From: Cyanobacteria bacterium P01_D01_bin.156
Lineage (GTDB): Bacteria > Cyanobacteriota > Cyanobacteriia > Phormidesmidales > Phormidesmidaceae
Direction: 5' to 3'
NCBI GenBank assembly: GCA_039024555.1
Contig: JBCCQQ010000076.1
Span: 1 to 25,821, forward strand
DNA: 25,821 nucleotides
Positions 18,192 through 25,821 of this stretch are shown here, one piece after another. A model generated the notes under the pieces. The model did not search any database. It saw only the letters and a program-made list of their open reading frames with translations, and was not told the DNA's origin. Position numbers and translations under genes: made by a program. The first letter of the stretch is position 1. Every line of letters starts with the position of its first letter.

Positions 18192-18656
18192 ATGTCCAAG
18201 ACATCAACCTACCGCCCCTATTCTAGACGCCGACGCAAGCGTTCTTTAGCACAGCGCCTTAGCGCTTCATTTGCGCCCACCGGGCTAGCTATGGTGCTAG
18301 GAACATCTGGAGCCCTATGGCTAACCGAAGCGTTGATTATGCCCAAGGCATCCTATGCTTATACGTCTCGGTTAAATTTATTTTTAACCCTAGAAGATGA
18401 AGAGCCTTACAGAAGCTTGCTGCGTCGTGCAAATATGGCAGCTCGAGCTGGTGCACAGCGAAGCTTTGACCAAGATTTGCTAATTACGGAAGTGGTGATC
18501 AAGGTAACTGGTGAAAATAGCAAAGGTGTTTCGGTACCTGTATTAAACCTGAGGGTTAGTCGCCAGGAATGGAGTCAGCAGCCAATAACTGAATATTGGG
18601 CTACCTATTTTCTAGGTGCAGAATCTTTATTGCTCTCCCCGTCGCCATCGAATTAG
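18192..18656 (+). CDS. Hypothetical exported protein upstream of rpmF
   Basis: Basic N-terminus, a hydrophobic segment and SYA|Y cleavage-like site; conserved-looking core YRSLLRRA..AARAGAQRSFDQDLLIT..WATYF. ATG at 18192 is preferred over TTG at 18183. Confidence 0.75.
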   Translation: MSKTSTYRPYSRRRRKRSLAQRLSASFAPTGLAMVLGTSGALWLTEALIMPKASYAYTSRLNLFLTLEDEEPYRSLLRRANMAARAGAQRSFDQDLLITEVVIKVTGENSKGVSVPVLNLRVSRQEWSQQPITEYWATYFLGAESLLLSPSPSN

Positions 18657-18771
18657 CCCTTGGGTAATGAGTTTTTAGGACTAGATCGGAAATTCCTTGA
18701 GCAAAATCCACCGATTGTGTGCAACTTTGGTCTATTATCTATAGGTTGTCTAAGTTTTTCCCGGCAGGTCC

Positions 18772-18951
18772 ATGGCGGTTCCTAAGAAGAAACGATCCAA
18801 GTCTAAGCGCAATATGCACCGCGCTACTTGGAAGCGTAAAGCAGCATTACAGGCTCAGCGTGCTTTGAGTCTGGGTAAGTCCGTATTAACAAATCGATCC
18901 AACAGCTTTGAGTATCCTCAGGATGAGGATGAAGATGAGGCCGAAGAGTAA
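18772..18951 (+). CDS. rpmF: 50S ribosomal protein L32 (59 aa; absent from the ORF track)
   Basis: Manual translation: [59 protein letters not shown]. Cyanobacterial/plastid-type L32 without Zn cysteines. Confidence 0.96.
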   Translation: MAVPKKKRSKSKRNMHRATWKRKAALQAQRALSLGKSVLTNRSNSFEYPQDEDEDEAEE

Positions 18952-18978
18952 AATTGTTTACGTCTTTTCGGAGAATGC

Positions 18979-19017
18979 AGCGGGTGAAGTTTTTAATGAG
19001 CTTCACCCGCTATTTTT
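18979..19017 (+). terminator. Rho-independent terminator of rpmF
   Basis: Stem AGCGGGTGAAG (18979-89) / CTTCACCCGCT (19001-11), followed by ATTTTT. Confidence 0.85.
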
Positions 19018-19346
19018 ATAAGTAGAAATTGTAATGAGATGGATACTTGCTTGAGTTGAAAGATTGAAAAAACAAATGAATCTGATTATTTTTTGTATAA
19101 AAATAATCATAGAGGAAATAAATATCTCGTAGAATTTTGAGGCTACATCCTATTCTGTTTTCTTTTCTGAGCTACCTAAACATAAATCATCGGCCTGATT
19201 TATGCTGCTGAACCACCAATGGTGTACGCATAGGAAAAAGCTCTGACATAGGGCTGATACTCAAGCAGATTTTGCAAGAGTTCAAAATTTTACGGATCGT
19301 ATTATTTAGTCATCAGACGAGCAATTTTGAACTCTCATCAGGGACG

Positions 19347-20609
19347 TTAATTGGCAGGTGAAAGTAGCGGGAGTTCGATCTTAAACGTAGTTCCTTCGCC
19401 GGGTGCTGACGCACAGGTTAGTTGTCCACCATGTTTCTCCGTAATAATTTGATGGCTAATAGCTAATCCTAAACCAGTCCCCTTACCAGCCGGTTTAGTC
19501 GTAAAAAATGGATCAAAGAGCTTATCAAGCGTCTCCCGATCCATACCAGGTCCGTTGTCCGTGATGCTGACTCTAATCCGATTCTCCCCAACAATCTGGG
19601 TGACAATCTCTATAACACTGGGGTTATCTTTAATACTCTCGAATGATCGCCCTAAATTTTGGTCGTCTAATGCATCGAGAGCATTAGCAAGAAGATTCAT
19701 AATCACCTGATTCAACTGACTAGGGTAGCAATACACTGAAGGTAGTGCCGCATCATAATTTCGAACAACGTCAATCTTAGGATGATCAGCAGTAGCCTTC
19801 AAACGATTACCTAAAATTACCAAGGTGCTATCGATTCCATCATGAATATTAACTAGTTTCTTTTCTGCTTCATCAAGACGAGAAAAGTTACGTAGAGAGA
19901 GAACTAAGTCTCGAATTCGATTAGACCCTACCTTTAAAGAATCCAGTAGAGAGAGTAAGTCTGCTTGTAAAAAATCAAGATCAATCGCATCAACATAGTC
20001 TTGAATTTCAAAAATTGGCTGCGGGTAGTGCTTTTGGTACAGCTCAATAAGAGTCATCAAATCTTGAACATAATTTTTGGCCGGAGCTAAATTACCATGA
20101 ATAAAATTAACAGGATTACTAATCTCATGGGCTACCCCTGCGACCATTTGTCCCAGAGAAGACATTTTTTCACTCTGCACAAGTTGAACTTGTACCTGCT
20201 TGAGTTGTTTTTGGTAAGCTCTAGATTCAGCAACTGCGTTGAGCGTTTTTTCTAGCGTAATCACTAAATCTTGAAAGTTAATCGGTTTAGTCAGAAAGTC
20301 AAAAGCCCCGTTATTCATCGCCGTGCGGATTTTATCCATATCACCGTAGGCAGAAATAACCACCGTTTTAGGAGGATGCGCTAGAGTATTAATCCGTGAA
20401 AGCAACACTAGCCCATCCATAACCGGCATATTGATATCAGTAAGCACAACATCAATATCAGACTGTTCTGTTATTTTTTGATAGGCTTGTGCACCATCGT
20501 GAACAAAGGTGAACTCATATTGCCCCTGACGAATTTCACGCCGAAATTTTTGGGTGAGTAGCGCTTCAACATCAGGTTCATCATCAACAACTAAAATGTG
20601 GGAAGCCAT
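19347..20609 (-). CDS. Hybrid protein: N-terminal receiver plus histidine kinase
   Basis: [26 protein letters not shown] and FLTKP. Kinase: [28 protein letters not shown] and [15 protein letters not shown]. Confidence 0.93.
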   Translation of the reverse strand: MASHILVVDDEPDVEALLTQKFRREIRQGQYEFTFVHDGAQAYQKITEQSDIDVVLTDINMPVMDGLVLLSRINTLAHPPKTVVISAYGDMDKIRTAMNNGAFDFLTKPINFQDLVITLEKTLNAVAESRAYQKQLKQVQVQLVQSEKMSSLGQMVAGVAHEISNPVNFIHGNLAPAKNYVQDLMTLIELYQKHYPQPIFEIQDYVDAIDLDFLQADLLSLLDSLKVGSNRIRDLVLSLRNFSRLDEAEKKLVNIHDGIDSTLVILGNRLKATADHPKIDVVRNYDAALPSVYCYPSQLNQVIMNLLANALDALDDQNLGRSFESIKDNPSVIEIVTQIVGENRIRVSITDNGPGMDRETLDKLFDPFFTTKPAGKGTGLGLAISHQIITEKHGGQLTCASAPGEGTTFKIELPLLSPAN

Positions 20610-20633
20610 GCCTTTGAATATTCAACAAATTGA

Positions 20634-21038
20634 TTAACTAGGAACAGATTGAGAACAAACAAGATCAAGAATATCTTGATTGAGTCGATTAAAATCAACG
20701 GGTTTATTGAGAAAACCATCAGCACCATACGTGTTGGCTATTTCCTGGCTTTGTTCATCCCCATAGGCAGTTACCATAAACACAAGAATTTCAGGATATT
20801 TTTCTTTGATCACCCGTAGTAGTTCAAGACCATTCATTCCAGGCATATTAATGTCTGAAAGGATAAGTGTAATTTCGGCCTGGGTGGCCGGTGATTTCAA
20901 ATAGGTTAATGCTTCATTAGCAGAGAGAGCAAAATGGAAGTCAATCTTCTTAGCTTTAATATCTCGACGAAATTTTTGTCGAAACAGAAATTCAACATCA
21001 GCTTCATCATCCACAACTAGAATATGTGCTTTTGCCAT
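20634..21038 (-). CDS. Single-domain response regulator (CheY-like)
   Basis: ILVVDDE, LSDINMPGMNG, VTAYGD and FLNKP; no output domain. Confidence 0.93.
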   Translation of the reverse strand: MAKAHILVVDDEADVEFLFRQKFRRDIKAKKIDFHFALSANEALTYLKSPATQAEITLILSDINMPGMNGLELLRVIKEKYPEILVFMVTAYGDEQSQEIANTYGADGFLNKPVDFNRLNQDILDLVCSQSVPS

Positions 21039-21061
21039 GACGCTTTGACCAATTTACTAAA

Positions 21062-22801
21062 TTAACAATCTAAAGACCTTCCCAAATTCACCTGTTTAGG
21101 CAATGCAACAACAAACTCTGCATAAATCCCTGGTTCCGAAACCACATCTAGAGTGCCATTGTGCTGTTCAACAACAATACTGTAACTAAGCGATAATCCA
21201 AGACCTGTGCCCTCACCGGCTGGCTTAGTCGTAAAAAACTGATTGAAGATCTTATCTTTTACCTCTGGAGTCATGCCAGTACCATTGTCCCGAATACGGA
21301 TCTCGGTTTGATTCTCCTGACTACACGTACGGACCTTGAGCAACGGAGTAAAGTCATCTCCCTCATTAAGCTGACGTTGATAAACGGCGTAGCAAGCATT
21401 GCTTGCTATATTCAGAAACACTCGATTAAGGTCCTGTGGACAAGCATAAATAGTTCCTAAGTTATCGTCATAATCATTGTCAAACTGTAGATTAAAATTC
21501 GAGTGCTTAGCCCGCATGCCGTGATAAGCAAAATTAATGGCCTCAAAAACAAGGTCATTGATGTTTATATCACTCCAGTGACTGCTCTCCCCACGAGAGT
21601 GCATCAGCATGTTGGCCACAATTCTGTCAGCTCGTTTGCCATGATGTTCAATCTTACTGACATTCACTTTAAGGGGGGTAAGGATATCGGTAATGTCTTC
21701 TATAAATTTTAGGTCAAGCCCTATTTTGTAGGTTTCCAACTCTTCAGTTAATTCGTCAACTAATTCAACGGATAGTTCAGCAAAGTTATTAACAAAATTC
21801 AGTGGATTTTTAATTTCATGGGCAATACCTGCCGTCAGCGAGCCTAAAGATGCTAACTTTTCCTGGGCGATTAATCGCGTTTGTGTAGAAACAAGCTGCT
21901 GATTAGTTTTTTCTAATTCATCGGCTCGTTTCTTTTGTTCTTCCATCAGCGTATTGACCTGCTGAACCATCAGGTTGAATGCTGTTGCCACAGTACCTAC
22001 CTCGTCATTTCTCGCGACATTTACCTGCAGATCAAAGTTGCGGTTTTGAGTAATCTCTAAAGCTGTTTCCGTCACTGCCTGAAGAGGTATATTGATTGAT
22101 CGGCTAATGGTATAAGCCAACAATGCAGCCAGAACCGATGACAACAACATACTTGAACAAATAATCAGAGTTCTAGAGCGCTCAGAAAATTCAACATTTT
22201 GATGAGCTTGAGATAACTCTTGTCTAACATCTTGGATGAGTTCTGATAGGTCATCTGAGATACCATCAAACTGAATAGCTAGGTTGCTGTTAGTAAAGTT
22301 TAGTAGCTTCTGTTGAGTTTGAGCCACCTCTATTGATGTGTTGATATTATCAATATCTATGGATCTGACTAATCGCTCTAATCCTGCTAGATATTCTGTG
22401 GGAATGTTCTGATATGTCTCTAAAAACTCCTCGTACTGTGAATGTCTGTGTTCACTTTCTAGGACCTCTTTACCAAGAGAAACCAGTGCTTGAAAGGAGA
22501 TATTGATACTCTCTGCATGCTTAAGGATATGACTGTACTCATCTTTAAAGTCCTCTGGGACTTCACTGAGAGGGATTAGCTGCTGTTGATGAGTCCGCGT
22601 TTGTAATACTTCTATCTGAAGTGTGGAGAGTAACTTAACTTCTTCTGTAATTTGGCTGTCAATAGCAATAGCCTTGTTTTGGTAATGGTTTCCAGCCCAA
22701 AACCCTATACCCGTACCTAAAATAGCTACGCCTAGGGCCGCAGAAAACCCTAACGTAATTCGTTGTTTAACATTCAAACAATCCAAGAATGGCTGTTGCA
22801 T
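21062..22801 (-). CDS. Membrane sensor histidine kinase (helical periplasmic domain, HAMP)
   Basis: Two TMs; HAMP (NDEVGTVATAFNLM); H-box [48 protein letters not shown]. Confidence 0.93.
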   Translation of the reverse strand: MQQPFLDCLNVKQRITLGFSAALGVAILGTGIGFWAGNHYQNKAIAIDSQITEEVKLLSTLQIEVLQTRTHQQQLIPLSEVPEDFKDEYSHILKHAESINISFQALVSLGKEVLESEHRHSQYEEFLETYQNIPTEYLAGLERLVRSIDIDNINTSIEVAQTQQKLLNFTNSNLAIQFDGISDDLSELIQDVRQELSQAHQNVEFSERSRTLIICSSMLLSSVLAALLAYTISRSINIPLQAVTETALEITQNRNFDLQVNVARNDEVGTVATAFNLMVQQVNTLMEEQKKRADELEKTNQQLVSTQTRLIAQEKLASLGSLTAGIAHEIKNPLNFVNNFAELSVELVDELTEELETYKIGLDLKFIEDITDILTPLKVNVSKIEHHGKRADRIVANMLMHSRGESSHWSDININDLVFEAINFAYHGMRAKHSNFNLQFDNDYDDNLGTIYACPQDLNRVFLNIASNACYAVYQRQLNEGDDFTPLLKVRTCSQENQTEIRIRDNGTGMTPEVKDKIFNQFFTTKPAGEGTGLGLSLSYSIVVEQHNGTLDVVSEPGIYAEFVVALPKQVNLGRSLDC

Positions 22802-22868
22802 AGACTCTTATTACATCAACAAAGAAAATAAGATGTTCCCTGGTTATGCCTGCCTGCTTTTTATGACA

Positions 22869-22971
22869 TAAGGGCTTGTTAAAAATTAGAATCATTGCCT
22901 TGTGCATTTAAATTATGGCTTAACAAGGTTTTCAGGCTTAAACCGTGAAGTAGTTTCTTAACAGCTCCTAA
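22869..22971 (-). mobile_element. MITE-like element, copy 2 (97-bp core 22872-22968 with TAA flanks)
   Basis: Inverted copy of 9188-9284 with 6 mismatches; TAA at 22869-71 and 22969-71. Confidence 0.75.
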
Positions 22972-23252
22972 AATAAATGGTAAACCGTACTCAGTTTGTA
23001 AATATAAGTGTGGCCAGAGAGTGCGCAAAGCAATTCTGATGTCTACAGAGCATTACTCTGATAGCAGGAAAAGTCATTTTCACAGCTAAAGTTGTAGCCA
23101 GTCTGACTATCAACTCGGGTAGAATTAATGCCTGATAAAGCAAGCATTCCCATACCTCTTGAGTTTCCATCAAAAAATTAGGATAAAAAACGAGATAAGT
23201 GTTTCAACTGTTCGAGACAAGGAATCTTACCTAATTATTCTATTGACCTTGG

Positions 23253-25511
23253 TTAAGATGCTTGCAAACAGCCTGTAGGTTGCAAATTACCGATACTACT
23301 TTTGCTAGCAGTTAAATGCACTTGCCCAATGTCATCGATAGACCATTGTTGCGCTTCCAATAATGTTATGTCATCGCTTGATTTATCAAGCAAACCGTCA
23401 CTTATAATCCTTTGATCATCAGCAAGGTCTTCAGACGTTTCATCAGTTAATCGAACGTCCTGCCATAAATTATTACTTGATGAATTAATAGTGTACCTAG
23501 CATCTTGTGGCACCCCTCCCTGACCTGAAATAACAAATGTATTGTTGCCTACAGGAGCACAGGCAGTTTGTATTTGGTTGTTGTTAACCAAGGTTTGAGG
23601 CAACTCAGTCACCCCTTGGATCGGATCAACTTCAGGGGTGGTTAGCAACACTTCTCCACTAAACTCCGCACCCTGTTCAGAGAATGCAGTAATGTCATTT
23701 TCAGATGTCAGAACTGTACGAAACTCAGAGCCAATGATGCCTTGAGCATCAATAGAAATTTTTCCACCAAAGCTATTGACTGCATTTGCAGTAATGTCAC
23801 TGTCCGCTATTGCTAAGAGAACACCAGTATTTATACTAATGTTGCCACCTTCAGCATCACCTTTTGCACTTGTAGTGATTCCACTACCATTGTTCAAAAC
23901 GACAGCATCGGCTTCTAGTGAAATATTGGCGCCTGTTCCATCAACAGTTTCGGCTGTTAATATTGATTCTCCATCCATCAGTATCACCTCTGCATTTTGT
24001 ACAAAAATGCTACCAGCGGCTCCTGTACCATCTGAAAAGGATGATGTGGTGCTGCTAGGAGAGTTACTAACATTGATGGTAGACCCATCTCGCAGGGTTA
24101 AGTAGGGAGTATCAACAGTAATATCACCACCGGTACCAGCGGACTCAACCGCATTAGCAAAAAGACCACTACGTCCCTCGGTGGTATTGCCTTCCAGGGC
24201 TATCAATTCCGAAGCATTTACAGTTAAATTGCCTGCTGCTCCATCACTGCGAGTACCGGTTGATATCTGTCCTCCTCCGGACACAATCAGCTGTGCCGTA
24301 TCAATGGTAACAGAGCCACCTGCGCCAGCAGTTGGAGTAATAGCTGTTGAGGCGATGCCACTGGGTTCACCATCTCCAAATCCTGTAATCTCAATGGTCC
24401 CAGTATTCTGAACCGTAACATCACCAGCACTTCCTGTGCCTAACGTTCTGGATTCAATACGGGCTCCATTGATTAAACGTAGTGTGTCTGTCTGTACATT
24501 AACATCGCCACTTTCTACAGTACTCCCCGATAGTGAAGCTGCTAAAATTAGACTGTCTCGAGGCTCACCTGTATTAGGATCAATAGGTGCATTTGTGGCA
24601 TCAAAGGTAAGTGTTTCTGCTATGATGTCTATCTTGCCAAGTTCACCATTACTACTAGGGCCACCCACTAAGGTGATCTGAGTACCTGCCCCCAGGTCTA
24701 TGGTTGGTGCATCAAGAATAATCTGGTTGCTACCATCGCCAGTCCCTATCACCGCGTTTTCGATAGAGCTATTATCAGTGGATAGACGCTCGGATGCATG
24801 TATATGGATAGTGCTTCCTGTGAATCCCGAATTATCCACAGCCTGGACAATGGCCTCGGAGGTAAAATCCACATTGCGTCCTACCAAGGCTAGGGTCTGA
24901 CCATCACTTACATTTAAGGGCGCAAATCCTCCTGGGCTTAGCGTACTGACAGTGATGTCTCCTGACGTGGTACCAAGCTGGAGGCCTACTGGAGTACTTA
25001 CCGTCAATATAGGAACAATATTAGGATCGCCTGATGCAATGATGTCAGAATCAAAGGTAATGTCTTCTGCTGTACTAGCGATAAAAGATCCAGGAACAAC
25101 TAATCTTGCATTTTCACCAAAAACAATACCATTGGGATTGATTAGAAAAAGATTTGCATTTGCTCCCGTAACACCCAGGACTCCGTCGATAGTAGATATA
25201 TTGTTGTTCCCCAAAGAGGTTATTTGACCAATAATATTCTCCACGCCTGGATCAACGAATACGACCACTGTCCCCGTATCAACATTAAACTGTTGAAACG
25301 TGTGCAATAGATTAGATCCACTTGTTGTTCCACCATCAATAAAGCAAGGAGAGCTTGCACAGCTACTGCCCCCATTTAGCGTAGTTGCTGTACCATCTAG
25401 AACAATTGATTGTGCTAAAGCTGAATATCCAGAGAAGAGGCTTGCTACAGCCAATCCAGCTATCCACGAAAATAACTTTAGTGAAGTTGCAGATGCTTCC
25501 CAGGTATTCAT
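23253..25511 (-). CDS. Filamentous haemagglutinin-family (TPS domain) beta-helical exoprotein
   Basis: TPS motifs NLLHTFQQFNV and ANLFLINPNGIVFG..GSFIASTA; G-x-A-G-x-I/V repeats; cyanobacterial-type C-terminus (C..FVISGQGGVP..EAQQW..G.VHL..C). The start is uncertain (25511 MNTW chosen; the frame is open to 25598). Signal peptide ends ALA|Q. Confidence 0.9.
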   Translation of the reverse strand: MNTWEASATSLKLFSWIAGLAVASLFSGYSALAQSIVLDGTATTLNGGSSCASSPCFIDGGTTSGSNLLHTFQQFNVDTGTVVVFVDPGVENIIGQITSLGNNNISTIDGVLGVTGANANLFLINPNGIVFGENARLVVPGSFIASTAEDITFDSDIIASGDPNIVPILTVSTPVGLQLGTTSGDITVSTLSPGGFAPLNVSDGQTLALVGRNVDFTSEAIVQAVDNSGFTGSTIHIHASERLSTDNSSIENAVIGTGDGSNQIILDAPTIDLGAGTQITLVGGPSSNGELGKIDIIAETLTFDATNAPIDPNTGEPRDSLILAASLSGSTVESGDVNVQTDTLRLINGARIESRTLGTGSAGDVTVQNTGTIEITGFGDGEPSGIASTAITPTAGAGGSVTIDTAQLIVSGGGQISTGTRSDGAAGNLTVNASELIALEGNTTEGRSGLFANAVESAGTGGDITVDTPYLTLRDGSTINVSNSPSSTTSSFSDGTGAAGSIFVQNAEVILMDGESILTAETVDGTGANISLEADAVVLNNGSGITTSAKGDAEGGNISINTGVLLAIADSDITANAVNSFGGKISIDAQGIIGSEFRTVLTSENDITAFSEQGAEFSGEVLLTTPEVDPIQGVTELPQTLVNNNQIQTACAPVGNNTFVISGQGGVPQDARYTINSSSNNLWQDVRLTDETSEDLADDQRIISDGLLDKSSDDITLLEAQQWSIDDIGQVHLTASKSSIGNLQPTGCLQAS

Positions 25512-25821
25512 AGGCTTGATAGCAGGTAAATTTCGAAATTTGATTAGCTGGCCATGATATCTAACAAGGGGCATTGTTAGATCCTTAAGCATAAACATGC
25601 CCTTTGATGAAAATCGAATAACGCTGATTCTAAATCATACTGTTAGGCGCATAAGAAAAAAGAGTACATGATGGTTGAATCATATAGCGTTCCTACTTGA
25701 TTGGTGAGAATGTTCCATACATGTGCATTTTGGGAAAATCAAAAATCTCCAATGCACAGAATTGTTCAAATAATGCCTTGAGACCGATGAAAGAAGGCTT
25801 TAATCCCGCCATGCGTCTGAC

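Noticed and set aside
1..25821. CRISPR array, tRNA/rRNA, transposase, integrase or defence genes
   Set aside because: No regularly spaced repeats, cloverleaf motifs or catalytic signatures were seen by eye.

Overview
Chromosomal window from a cyanobacterium, probably filamentous and Leptolyngbya-like. This is inferred from six HIP1 octamers (GCGATCGC), a cyanobacterial-type L32, a Y/N pseudo-orthocaspase and COP23-like and TPS-type secreted proteins. Housekeeping-type genes (gnd, yciH/SUI1, rpmF, a GH10-like hydrolase, DUF427) alternate with blocks that look accessory. These are a solute-binding protein plus Cache/HAMP histidine kinase pair, a three-gene HK-REC-REC/HK relay and a filamentous haemagglutinin-like exoprotein. 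Main points: (1) a chromosomal ParM-like actin plus a ParR-like RHH protein (CorMR type) divergent from gnd, with an imperfect dyad upstream; (2) two inverted, ~94% identical copies of a 97-bp MITE-like element with TTA/TAA flanks, each upstream of a sensor-kinase operon; (3) a transporter-less SBP-kinase sensing pair; (4) a divergent COP23-like protein with a DxNxDG loop and a strand-specific structured leader. Everything was read by eye; no database searches were run.
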